Shown here: positions 12,954 through 26,945 of the stretch, one piece after another
How positions within the stretch are numbered: position 1 is the first letter of the stretch
Layout: the number at the start of each line of letters is the position of its first letter
The notes under the pieces: generated by a model
What the model was told of the DNA's origin: nothing
What the model saw: only the letters and a program-made list of their open reading frames with translations
Database searches by the model: none
NCBI GenBank assembly: GCA_003971905.1
Contig: RSEE01000011.1
Coordinates: forward strand, 186,001-250,000
DNA length: 64,000 bases
Direction of reading: 5' to 3'
Source: Moniliella sp. 'wahieum'
Taxonomy: Eukaryota
Program-made: the position numbers and the translations under genes

Positions 12954-14407
12954 TCATGTCATGCAGAGGGAGCCACAGTTCCGGTTACAACGAAGGGTAG
13001 TTGGCCTCGAGAGCAGTATGGGTCCATTGGCGCCCGGCGGTGAAATCTGCGACGCGGTGCGGCGCGGTGCCTCGCCCTTGAGAATGTACTTGTAGGTTAC
13101 CAGGCCATCGAGTCCAACCGGTCCCCGCGCATGGGTACGTCCGGTAGAGATGCCGACCTCGGTACCAAAGCCGTAGCGGAACCCATCGGCAAAGCGGGTG
13201 GACGCATTGACATAGACGTTGGCGCTGGACAGGGCTGCGGTGAACCGGCTGGCAGCCGGGTTGGGCGCACCATCGACCAAGGGCGCACAGAGGATCAAGT
13301 CAGTGTGATGGGAGCTGTGGGCATTGACATGATCAATCGCCTCTTCCACCCCGTCGACCACTTTGACCGCCAAGTCGAGGTCGAGGAACTCGGTGTCGAA
13401 TCGTCGGCGGTGGAAGGGAGGATCTTGGTGGGGTCCGTGATGCCTGCCTGCGCCAACGCAGCCAACGTGGGTCGCAATGCAAGCGCACCTGGGCGGCGAG
13501 CAGGGCGCGCGCCACGTCGGGCCAGACACGCGTCAGTTGGCTGCGGTGCACCAATAGGTTTCCAGCGCATTGCACGCCGCCGGATAGTCCGTCTTGGAAT
13601 CCACAATCGTCCCGACCGCCAAGGCACTCGGGCATCAGCGTGCAAGTACCCCACACACAGCCCGTCCGCATGGCCCATGACGGGCATGCGTGCTTGGCGC
13701 TGAATCGAGCGCACGAGCGCATTCGAACCCCGTGGAATGACCAGGTCAATGTACTCGTCCAACACCAGCAACGACGCAATGTCCTCCCTTGTCTCGACGT
13801 CTGCACCAGGTCCTTCGGAAGCGGGGTTGTGGCCAAGGCGTCGGACAAGCGGGACATGACAGCAGCGGTCCGACGAGACTCTTTGCCGCCTTGAGGATGG
13901 CCGCATTGCCACTCTTGATGGCAAGCGAGGCTGTTGACCACCACCTCGGGCCGCGCTTCAAAGATACAGAGAAGCACGCCGATCGGGCAAGTGATCTTGT
14001 ACAGCTCCACCGCACCTTGACCCGTAGCGGGATCGGCATCGGCCAACTGACGCGCCAACGTGCACACATCCAATGGCGACGGCAGGTTGGCCACCTGCTC
14101 CACCCCTTCCAGCATGGCTTCCCACTTGCCCTTTTGGCAAACAAGTCCAGTCGGGAAACCATCTGTTTCCCAGCCCGGCCTTTTCGGCCTCCACCACATC
14201 CTCCTTGTTTGCCTGCTCAATCTCGTCCTTGGCTTGGGCCAGGGCAGAGCGAATGGCCAGCAGGGCCGCTTTGCGCGCCGCGTCGGCCGCCGCGCCGGGA
14301 CCACTACCCGACGCCCCGGACGGGGACGGAAGCGCAGAAAGCACACGAGAGGAATGCTCAAACGCGAGCTTGGCCCGGCGCGCAACGTCTTCTGCGTGGT
14401 TCACCAT
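12954..14407 (-). CDS. PRO2: Gamma-glutamyl phosphate reductase (proline biosynthesis)
   Basis: [95 protein letters not shown]. 3' end approximate. Confidence 0.95.
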
Positions 14408-15342
14408 GGTCAGTGCAAGACAATCTGAGTCGATGGTGGTCCGAGTCAGAAGGCCGGACAAAAACGCCGAGGTGGGCCCCCCCCCCAGTGGCCACACTTT
14501 CGGGCTCTTATGCTTTAAGGCTTGAAGCTTGGAATTTGAAAGCTTCAAGCTTGAACTTCAAGTCCGCACTTATTTCAATTGGAAGTTCCAACTGCCCCCC
14601 TGCTCCCATGTCACAATCGCCCGGAATTTTGGTACAGGGCGGAGGCACCTTCCAATTCGAGGAGGGGAATACTCCGTTTTTTCAAATTTGCCACACTTGG
14701 GTACGTTTTACCTTTCCGGTTACCATTTAGCCAGCTTACTCGATTGCTCTCCTGCTGTTCCAAGGCACATACGCCCTTGCTGATGGATGGAACTGAGAAC
14801 TGAGAACTGACAAGATCCGATTCAAGCGGAGCGTACGAGGGCAGAGTAGGTGCATCATACATAGGAAGTAGGTATAGCAACGTGGGGTGAAGCTTGAAGA
14901 GAAACCAAAAAAAAAAAAACCAAGGAACCAACACAAGCAACCAAGGCAGCAAACCGAGGAAGTCAAGTAGGAAAAGGGGGAAGAGAAACGAAAACAAAAA
15001 GCGAGCACGGCTCGAACGAGGCCAGGCCCTCGGTCCCACCACTCTAGCCGCAGATAGAGGACATGCGACGAGGTGGGAGGAGGCAGCGCCGGCCATCGGG
15101 TTCGAACCGCGTCCCAAACGAAGGGTATGGCACGAGACATGGATGGGCAACAGCAGGCAAAGATGAGAGAGGAGAGATGGGGTGGCGGAGGCCCTCAGTG
15201 AGAATGGTTGAGCATGCTGGAGGAGTGGATGGTTGAGCATAGTGTAAGTTGTGGGAGTGTCAGTGTAAGTGTATGTGTACGTGTAGGCGCAGTTGTAGGC
15301 GTAGGTGTAGGTGCGGACGGGGGAGGACACGTGTGGGAGACT

Positions 15343-18300
15343 TTAGAGAAAGTTGGTGGGGAAAATGACGCCATCGCGACGAACGAGAAGAAGACGGTGG
15401 GAGGCAGGCGGGGGCGCAGCGGGCGTACCAGCCAGTGGGAGGCCCGGAGGAACTTTGCAGATCAGCTGGGACGAGAGAGTGACATGCACCGTCGGCGCGA
15501 CGTGTGCGCCGACAAAGACGTGGAGGTGGGCGCCGAGGTTTTCGCCATGGAGGACAAGGTAGGGTGTGCCTGCTCGTCTCGGATTTTTTGAGCTGGTACA
15601 CGCGCGGGAAATGGGAGATGGGGGCGACCAAGGAACTACTGAGTGGAGCCAGGGGAATCTCTTCTTTGCCCTTGGGCGTGGACCCGAGCGAGAGGGAGCG
15701 GTGGAGGTGCCGGAGTCGAATGGGAAAGGGGGAGGAAGGGCTCGCTGTGACCTTTGGTCCCCGCCTCTTCCCCCGGCCCCACATCCCCGACCAGTTCGGG
15801 CGGGATGCTGAAATTGTACTCGACCGTCTCGGCACCAACAATGCACCACACATTGCTCTTGGCCACGTCCAGCGCCCAGGAATGGATTCGAGCCGTTCGC
15901 ATCTCAGCTCCTTCCTCGGTGCCATTTCCCCCCATACTAGACCAAGAAGCGGTCAGGCCTGGCGGCGCATAGCCCCCACCCGTGCTCTCTCCATCGTCAG
16001 CCAATGAAAACGCCCCGACGCCCCGCTCTCCGACTCGCCGTCAACTGACTGTTCGCGCCTCCGCGCCCTCGACGCGCGACGATCCTTTTGGTTCTGTGCC
16101 GACCAAGCTGAACTGCCCCGCCGAGTGTTGCGGATGGGACCAGTACCCGCCACCTGCGTCTCGGGTCCGACACGGTGCCCGCATCCGCATGGCGGCTGCG
16201 CATCACCGACTCGGACCGGCGCCGTACGTCGACGGGGGAGGAAGGGGTGCCGTCGTACCCCGACTGAACGGGGACGCTGCCCGTGCTAGCACGCGGACCG
16301 CTGTCTCGCGTCGGGAGCGGTTGGCTAGTTGCGTCCGGTGCGCTTGGGTCGGCTGCGCTCCATCCTCCCCATTGGACAACGACCCGGACCGTTTCACCCC
16401 GCCGGCGAGGAGACTGATCCCGAGGCCGAGGCGACCGAGCCAGAGCGCGCTTTGTGAGGACGAACTGGCTGCAGCTCCAGGCGCGATCGTCATCCAGCTT
16501 GTGCACGCCCACCATTTCGTTGAGACAGGCGAGGAAGCTACCGCTAGCATTGGCTGGACCTGAGGGGGGGCTCACCGGCGGCGAAGCCAAAGGTGGATGG
16601 TACAGCTCGAGGGCGAGTTTGTGCAGCTGGAGCACGGGTGAGTCCGATGGTTCTCGTCCCAAGCCCATCCGCATCGACTGTACCCGCTCCCCTCCAGCCC
16701 CATCCGTTTGCACCGAGGCAAAGCCGCCAAAGAGCGATGTCCCCTTTTCCACTCGTCGTAGGACCATGGTCGGGTGACAAAGCCAGTCACCAGGCACTGC
16801 AGGCACCACGGCCGGTTGTAGAGCACGGCTTGGGGCTGTTCGTATGGGGAGAAGGACAGTGCGTTGAGAGGGGGAGCAGGCAGAGGGTAGTCCCCTGCCC
16901 GGTATGATTGGTTGGGCGAGCGGGACTTGTTGAGCGCCCTTGCTACCCGAGTGGAGCAGACTGGAGGATTCGTCACCAGCTGGCTTGGCTGGGTCGACGA
17001 GGTAAATGACAAATGGATCCCAGTAACTGTCGGCCGCGACAAACGAGTTGCCCGGCAACTTGTTCAAATCGTCTGGTGCGATTCCATCGTCCGTTTTGAA
17101 CCGGGCCTCGATCTCGGTGCGGGCACAAAGGTGCTTGGTTGAGGAAGCTTGGGCACGCTGGCGATGGAAAAGGGAGACGATCGAACCATGAGTGATGAGC
17201 ACTGGAAGAGCAGGGAATGGTTAGTCCTTTGCACAGTCTTTCGTTTTCAAACAGATGGGTAGGGGGGTTCCTTACTTTCCGACCCACGAACCGATTGGCG
17301 CTTTTTGATGGTTTCGAATGATCCGAACGGGACGCGAGGGGAACGTGCCGAGAAGTTTGTGCTGCCTGGATGCACATTGGACGGAGCAGTAAGAGAGAAC
17401 TCGGCCTGAACGTCACGCCGCAAGGCCGCTTCGGTGTCGCTGGTCCCCGGGCGGGCAGCCATTTGGCCCATTTCCGACACGGCCATCTGCTTAAACGTCG
17501 ATTTGGCCAGGATCATCTCTTTCCACCCTTCTCTGCGCCTCCCTTCCAGGCTGATGCGGGCGGATGAATGTCGACCACTTGGCCCTCGGTGTTCCACCAG
17601 CGTACCGGCATCCGAAACTCCACCGTCTCGCGCGACATTTGGCACCCGACCATCAACTGGCGCGGCTGCGACGTGGACACAAAACTAGCCTCGCGCCCTG
17701 CTTGCGCAGGACATCCCGCACGGCATTCGCCTCCGTTCCACCCGACAGCGAGGCACTGACCAAACCAGTCGAAGATAGCCCTGCCCGGTCCCCTCGGTCT
17801 CCGGTGAGGTAAGCGGTGTGACCCAATTGCTGCCCATCATCAAAAGCATCGGAGGAGGGCACATAAACCGTTTCTCCACTGGGCCATACGATTTTTGGAC
17901 CACCTTGGGCGTCAAGGCCCGGACCAGTCGCTCGCCACTTTGTGAAGGCGGAGCAGCCAGGTAGTCCTGCACCAGGCGGGCGAGGTGGGCAAGGTCGAGA
18001 GAATGTGGTATCTCCTGCCCAGCATCCAATACTGAAGTGGCAGGAAACGAGAGGGGTCCCGCGCCCAGTGTGTCTGCCGAAGACAAAGCAAGCCCGCGGC
18101 CATTGGCACTGCTTGGGCTGAAGGCGCGCCCACCGAGTCGACCTGGTGTGAGCCAAGGGCGAGACGGGTATGCCCAGAGGAGCGGTACGGAATGCAATTG
18201 GGGTAAGTGGCTGCGTCGTCGGGATGGCTCTGAGGGGCCAACGCGGGCGGGCGGGGGGAAGGCCATGGTGGTGAATGGGTTTTGCTCCCTTGACCAGCAA

Positions 18301-19619
18301 GGGTAGCTTGGGGACAGTGGTAGCACGCTGCGCAAAGGGTCCAGTGAAAGCGATCCATCGATGCTGTGGGACTGAGGAGGAATACGGGCGTGTCGGGCGT
18401 CATGAAGGGCGATTCGTGCAGGTTGGTCGCCATAGGGGGAGGGCCCTCAGCAGGAAGAAAAGCTTGGGCCCTGGGCCCGCCTGGGGGCCCGTGTCGCCCG
18501 CCAAGGGACCGAGGCGAGTTGGCTGGAGGGGAAAGGGGGCGATCCATCCCGTTCCGGGGACGTGGCGCCATTGACTCCTAGACCGAACGGATTGGATCCC
18601 ATAAGATGCACTTCATCCGCTGCCCGCACGGAAGGCGACGCAGGCGCCGAGGCTGGTCGAGAACAGTGGAAGAGAAACGAAGTCCCGAAGGGCGGTGGGG
18701 TGCTCGGGTTTGGGGTGAGTAAGGTGACGTGACAGCCGGCGGAGGCGGTAACGCCCACAGCGGACGGGGTGCTCACTGTGAGTCCCGTCGGCCGGGACCC
18801 GTGGCCAACAAGGTCGGTCTGTCCACGAGGACGACGGCGCCGTTGGAGGAGCGATTCAACCTCCGACTCGCCAAAGAAATGGGCCGAGGGCGGAAGCATG
18901 ATGGTGGCCATCGACGGCTCGAACGCCAAGGGAGCAGGTGCCGGAGGGACCAATGTCGACGAGAGCTCGGGGGGGTTGGTTGTGCTCGAAGTAAGATTGA
19001 CGCTAGAGGCGCTGCCGGCCACGGAGGAGCCAGCACTGTATATGGACGTTGCATCACCCAGGGGGGAGGGGAAGGACTCGGTGGTGGGAGACTGCACACT
19101 GGGCGAGGCTAGGTTGGAGAACAAAGGGGGCCTGCGGAGGACAGCAAGTCGAGGTTGGTGGGGTAAAGAAGTTGGCTTGGGTCGAGCCGGAAGATGGGGC
19201 GAGGTCAAAGAAGGAGGCAGAGGGGCCAAATGCGGGGGAGACGGGGAGCGATTCGTGCTGGGCGGAAAAAAGAGGCGACATGTCGAGATCCGAGCTCAAG
19301 AGCGCCTGGCTGGGGGCGACGCCAGCGCTGGGACTGGGGTCGGCCAGGGCATGGTCCCTGGCGGGAGCAAAGGGAGGGCGAGGGCCAAGCTGGGATCCGA
19401 CAGGAAGGGCTCGGGCTCGTGGGAGAAGATGAGCGCCTCGGCGCGGTGGACCGAGGGGGGCGAGGAGCTGGAAGACGCCGGGCGACGGCGACGAGAGGAC
19501 GGCTGGGAGCTCTTCAAGCTGAAGCTGTGCCGGAAGGGGCCAGGGCGGTGAGGGCGGGCGGGGGGAGGGCAGGCGCGCTGCTCGGCCTGGTCCAAGGCGC
19601 TGCGCGGGTGGAAGGGCAT
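15343..19619 (-). CDS. Fungal CSL (CBF1/Su(H)/LAG-1) family transcription factor with a long low-complexity N-terminus
   Basis: NTD PKVVQKSYGPVEKRFMCPPP; beta-trefoil motifs VSLFHRQRAQASSTKHL, WDPFVIYLVD, LQCLVTG, PVLQLHKLALEL, WCIVGAETVEYNF; CTD LVLHGENLG...LLLVRRDGVIFPT. Start inferred at MPFHPR (ATG 19619); probable intron near 17203-17275. Confidence 0.88.
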
Positions 19620-22600
19620 GTGGGGGGCGGTGGTGGTGGTGGTGGTGGTGCGGAGGGAGGGTGGAGGGCGGCGGGACAGCTGCGAGGGGGTTGCCTGCCA
19701 GCCGCTCGGCCGCCGTCGACGGCCAGCGGCCAACCGGCCGGGGCAGGCCGGAGCACGCCGGAATCGGAGCATCACGCATCCAAACCAAGCGGCAAGCGTC
19801 AACGCGTCAACGTACGTGCGCTCCAGCGCACGCCCAGGCCCACTCTGGCCGCTGGCATCATGCATTGCAACAGGGGAGCCTGTCGGCTGCCAGCACAGGA
19901 CCAGTGGCGGGCAGCGGTGCGTCCTGTGCGCTGCCCGCAGTGGCTTTGACGCATCCATGAGGAAAGCAGGCACCAGCGCTGCGGCCCAGATCGAAGATCT
20001 AAGAGCCCCACAGAGCGCCCAGCGCCTATCGGCAACCGCCGGCCCACTGCCGTCTGGGGCGCCGTCTGGGGCGCCGTCTGGGGTGCGGCAGGGTGCCTGC
20101 GACCCAACGCCTGTTACATGTTACAGTTGCTAGCTGCTGATTACACGGTACCCGCGACAGGCGACAAGCACTGCGATCAAGATCTAAGAACCCGCGACCC
20201 AATCGACCTGAGATGCGTCCCAGTACCTCAGTCCTTGGTACTTGTACTTAGTACGCAGCAGCAGCCACTGCCCCTGCTGCCTGCCGCCCAGCAGCAGCCC
20301 ATCCTTCCGCCACCGGCCACCCCTCCCCCACCTCCCCCACACCCTGCTCCCGCAGCCACGGTAGGTGGAACCTGTGAGTGTGACGTGTAACATATAGCAC
20401 GTGACGCGTGACGCGTGATACTTGGAAGCGCACGCGCGCACGGGCCCGACCCAAGCGAGTGACCCTACTGACCTTGCATCCGCGTCCCCCCTGTGTGCTG
20501 CGAGCCGCTGCTTGTACACAGATGCGTACATGATGCATGACGCGTGACGCTGGCCTAGCGAGAGAGAGACACTAGTGACTAGTGACTAGTGACTAGTGAC
20601 ACTCAGGCCCCACGCCTCAGGCGAGTCACTAGCTAGTCAGGTGGCCCGTGACGCGTGACGCGTGACGCATGGCTGGGTGACCTGTGACCCGTTCCGCGTA
20701 GGGCGGTAGAAATAACGCGTAAACGCGTCAGGCGTCTAACCCATTATGCATTACCCGTTACACGTTACGCGGTACGCGCTACCTGACTCGTATAAGGGTG
20801 GGGTTACCACAATATATCTGTCTCCACCTCCAACGTACCCAACGCACGCCAGCGCACAACCCTCCGAGCTTGCCTTGCCTCCCCCTTTCCCCCAGGCCTC
20901 AGCGCCTCAGCGCCAGCCCCCTCCGGCCTCCACCCCAATTTCAATTATATGTACAGCTTGGCCTTGTACGTACTGCAGGCGAGTACATAGCATGCATAAC
21001 GCGCAACGCCACGCATCTGTGCATTTGCGTAGCTAACTCCCTAGATGCACTCTGGTTTTCGTAGCGCTTGCGCTTTGCGTTGGGGGAGTAGGGTGCGCTA
21101 CGACTTCTTGGGGCAGCAGAGGAACAGCGGGACATGGGCCTTCTGTCTTCCCTATCTCTACCACGTCCTGCGATCCGCTCGGTGCAATCCTCTTCTCTCT
21201 CCCGCGGCCTGATTCCAGTGTCTTGTTGCGACGAGACCGGCTTCACCGGTCGCGGTGCACTTCCGGCCTCATTAGCCCCGAGGCTCCGCGGGCTCCGAGG
21301 ACTGCTGACGCGCGCGTACTCGCGTAAGCCAACGACTAGGAGCCTTCTCCTGTAGCCCTTGTCCTGCCTCCTACCACCAACGCCTCTCTCTCGCCCGCAA
21401 TCGATCGCCTACGCTACTGTCCTAAACACTTCAGCATCCATTGCGGTCTCCATAGCCGAGTGGATCAGGACGTCGCTACAGTCTGCCCGCTCAGCTTCCC
21501 TCTGCTCGTCTTCGCCAACAGGTGTGACATGTGGCATGTGACGCCGCGCGCTTCGGCCAGGGCTCTGGCTTTTGACTGGAGCTGGTTGAGTATAGCAGAC
21601 GATATACTGGTTGAGTATACAAGTACGATAGATCCTGTTGAGTAGGACCTGCCAACGAAGGAGACGATGCGCAGAGGAGGTAGCATGGAGGACGAATCGA
21701 AGAAGGCATACGCATAACCCCAAGTGCCACCTGGAAGCGGCGCAGTGGAAAGCAAATGAGGACGAGCTGATGCTTCATCACTTATTCCAAGTGCGTTCGT
21801 TGGGCATCTTCCGTTTGTCGAACTACTACCCTCGTCAATGTAAAGGGCTCGCGCCCTTTTCTGGCTTCCGTCTCCCCACCTGGCCGATGGTTCCACGGAA
21901 TACCGCCGGTGGGATTGAATCAACCTCCTCATCTTCTTCGCATGGCATACGGCTTGGCCCTCACAAGCTTTTCCCATCCCGCCTCGCTCAAAATGGAACT
22001 GGGCTTTACTTAACACACAACCAGGCTCGTGTCATTTGCCCTCCAATCGTCCACGGGTTCCATGCCGTTCCAGAAGCGTCTTGTTCACTGAGGATGGTGC
22101 GCTGGTCACGCCAAATTGGGTAGATATCTCAATCTGCCTATGCTCGGGTCGACGCTGCACCACATTGTGTTGGTGAAACCGCGAAGGCTGCGGCAACATG
22201 CAAGCGCCCGTGTTGTTAGGAGCGAAGAAGCAGGGCTCAAGTAACCCGCAAGCACGCTCAATGGGGTGCAGTCGCGCTGGCCAAGTCTGTTACGGGCTCT
22301 AGTAACCGCTGGCGGCCGGGATGGAATATTGAATGGACCTGATCGCATTCACTGGTTAATTGAGCGTGCCGACAGAGGTAGTGGAGCCGTGGGAGGGGGG
22401 GAAGACCAATACTATAGAGCTGATATTTTTTGCGGCCAGGGCCATCGAGTGAGTTGCTCATCGACACCCTTCCCGGTGAAGCTGAACGTTGAACGTGTTG
22501 AAGGGAGAACGTTGAACGTGTTGAAGGAAGATCGTTGGCTGGTCCGGTCCTGGAACAGTTGCTCTTTAGGTGCTTAATATGGACCACCAACCGGATAACG

Positions 22601-23831
22601 GGGATCGAGAAGGGTTGCGCAGGGTTGCGCAGATGCCTGCCGATGCGCGTTTGAAGGCATCTCGATGGCATCCACACGGCAAGGCGGCACCCCTATATAC
22701 CCTTCCCTACCTGAACTACGGAGAGGGAGGATCGAGGATCGAAGACGCGGTTACTCGATTTCGTGAGCTTGGGCATAGGATACGAGATGGATGTGAGCTT
22801 TCCAGAATACCATGCAGAGCATGCACGCGGTGCATGGTGGCCAATGCTTAATGGGGCAGCGGCGGCATTCTGCATGCGGGGGAAGCAGTGGCGGCCATTG
22901 TTTAACGTTTATATAACAGTGCAGCAGAAGTCTGAGGCATGACGTGTGACGCGTGACGCATGGCGATGTGTGATTTATGTGATTCTTCGCGCCACCTGGG
23001 TCTGCAGTCGCAGCCGCAGCCGCATGCAAGCGAGGCTGATTCGGCGTGCCACATGTCAGATCTCAAAGAGCAGGGCAGGACAGCACTGGGCCATGTCGAT
23101 GGGCAGCGCGGGACGGCACTGCGGGCGCTCGATCCTTCATTTCAGTAAGCATTGAATCGGTGACGAGCTTCATGATCGGTGATCGAAGATACAAGAGTGG
23201 CTGGCGACCGATGACTTCATCGACGACGTGTGACTGTCTGCGTCATCCGGGCAGGGCAGGGCCTGGCAGCGCAGGGCTCCAGCGCTCCAGCCTGCTCCAG
23301 TTGCTGAGGCGCGCGCACAGGCTGTGCTCTGCGGTAACTGGTACTGTGTCCCCCATGACATGACACCAGACGCACACCGTTGTGATTGCCCCTTTGGCTT
23401 GCCCGATTTCCGCACCTGCTCCGGTGGCTGTTCCGCAGGCCAGCAGCGGGGCCAGCGCGCAGCAGGCGTCCGTTGCCATCAACGCATCAAACAGTGCATC
23501 AAACCCCAGATCCCAGCTGCTGGCTCGCCTCCGTCCTTCCCTGCCCCTAGCCGCTGGCGTCGTGTTCGCAGTCGCCACCAGGCCACAGCAGCTGCCATCG
23601 ATCTCATCGACGAGATGCCCGGTCGCGATCACGTCACCCAACCCAATCAGGCGTGGCACAAGCATGATGCATGATGCGTTCATCTGCTCGCTGGTAGGCG
23701 ATGCGATCGGTGATCGGTGACTAGCTTGACTCGGACGGGTGCAGGACAAGACTGGTCTGTCTGGTGCTGTCTGGCACTGCAGGCTGAGCGGCCGAGCCAC
23801 TTGCGCTCTGAGGCTGAGAATGAGCCTCTAA

Positions 23832-25051
<1,220 letters not shown>

Positions 25052-25552
25052 TCGCCGCAGCCGTTCCTTCGCCTTGCCTCGCACTGATACCGCGACGAGG
25101 GCCTGCCGGCCAGGACTGGGGCCGAAACTGGGATCAAAAGGCAGGCGTTCCATCCTAGCCACTTGTACATTCCTCCCTGTTCTATGTGTTGCCTCTGCTT
25201 CTTCTACCTCTTGCGCTGTGTTGCGCTCGCACAGCCACTCCTGTCCTTTTCTCCCCTTTCACCGTTTCCCCTTTTCCTCTTTCCCTTTGTCCTATCCCTT
25301 TCACCTCGCCCCCACCTTCGCCCTTGTCTCCTTCTCCTTCACCTTCTTACCAGTCCGCTGGCCCAGATGCGAGAGGAGCGATGCAGGTGCCTGTCGAACG
25401 ATAAATGCGCGTTGGCTTGCCGTGGAAGTTGGGCCTTGGTTCAGTGAGGGCTTGCATGCCTATACATGACATGCATGGCAAGTTGGTTGACGCAGTAGGA
25501 GCGCATACGCTCAGGTGACATTTTCTTCCTCGATTCTATCTGTTTTCTATAG

Positions 25553-26337
25553 CTAGGGACCGGACCACCGCAGGCGCCGCTGGCCCCGGGCCAGCCCATA
25601 CCATAGGATTTCTTCTAGATGGATTTGTTGATACGCCAGCCAACTTGGGGGTTGGGCCGCCCGATCGGCGCGGGCACCTGAGCAAAGACTCAGGATACCA
25701 CGCAGGGGGGGGGGGGGACTAGGGGACTGGGCGAGCGACAAGTCACATTGGCCGAGCGGCCAGGCCAAATCACGAGAAGCGAAAAGTGGGCAGGGGCCCA
25801 CCGGACCAGTGCAGCAGGGTCCACTCTGCCCCACCCCATCACCCATGGAATGAGGAGGGACCGCCATCGGGCTGGCCTTGGAGAGGCGAGCTCGGCGCGC
25901 AGCTTCTCGCGCAGCTGGGTCAGGTTGGCATTGTGGGCAACCAGAAAGGCGCGGTACTGCAACTCTTTTTCGCCCATGTTCTTGATCGCGTTGGTCCAGC
26001 AGGTGAGGAGGATGTGCGGAGGGATGCCACGGAGGACATAATGGCGGAGTTAATCCAGGTGGTGAAAAGGGCGTCGGATGAGGGAGAGTCTTGGACGAGT
26101 AGTCGAGAAGGGCGCGGAGGAGGTCTTGGTACGCGCACAGTGGGTTGCCGTCGGGCAGGGCGAGGTGGACAAGGTCGGTAGTGACGAGCCAGGCGAGCGC
26201 AGCGGTGCGCGCGGTGGAGGGGGAGGTGGTGGTCACCAAGGGCGCATCAGAGGGTGAAGCCGGTGAAGGTTCGCAATGTCGATGAGGAAGTCGGTGGACA
26301 GCAGCTCAAACGTGGCCTGATGGGGCGAAGTGGACAT
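25553..26337 (-). CDS. Hypothetical protein (frameshifted)
   Basis: ATG at 26337 (MSTSPHQATFELLSTDFLIDIANL) followed by chained, protein-like minus-strand ORF pieces; no recognised motif. Confidence 0.45.
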
Positions 26338-26945
26338 GATCAACGATGCCTTCGTCTCTCCATCCCACCATCCCATCGACCGATGTATATATAGCTTTGG
26401 TGTTGCTGGATATGTATATTTGGCGGTGCATAGGTACGTGTGGGTGGTGGTGGTGTCCCCGTTGCTGCGGGCGGGAATGTATCGCACTACTATACATGTA
26501 CAAGACTGTGTGTCTTGGTTGTGACGGAAGAGATTCCCTTTTTGACTCTGCCAGCCTGTGCCGCTTGTGGTCGGTAGTTACTTAGTTACACCCCACGAGG
26601 GGACCACCGGACCTTCGGCCCGGTTTGCTGGCTACCTTGGCAATCTAGGGAAGACGGGGAGAGTGTCCGGCCAAGGGAGGGAAGTGCGATCAAGCATACA
26701 AAGAACCAAAGGGAAACGGGAATAAGCGTTCTGGATGGTGAGGGCAATAGGGGATTCGATGGGCGCGAGAGGAGGGGGAGAAAAGACGACGCTTAAAGTG
26801 TCGGAACGTGCCTGCAAACAACTGAAGAGAGTTGCACGCCGTTCAAGTGACTCGATGACCAATACGAGGCAAGGCGCGCAGACATCGCAGAGGGACAATC
26901 ATGAATCATGAATCATAGACCAACACACCACTTATACGCCACCCC

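Noticed and set aside
15086..15120. GGTTCGAACC B-box-like motif suggesting a tRNA
   Set aside because: Flanks do not form a T-stem or acceptor stem on either strand.
18729..20133. Long plus-strand ORFs opposite the CSL N-terminus, and similar antisense ORFs over SIN3, PRO2 and DHX35
   Set aside because: Shadow frames expected in high-GC coding DNA; no motifs.
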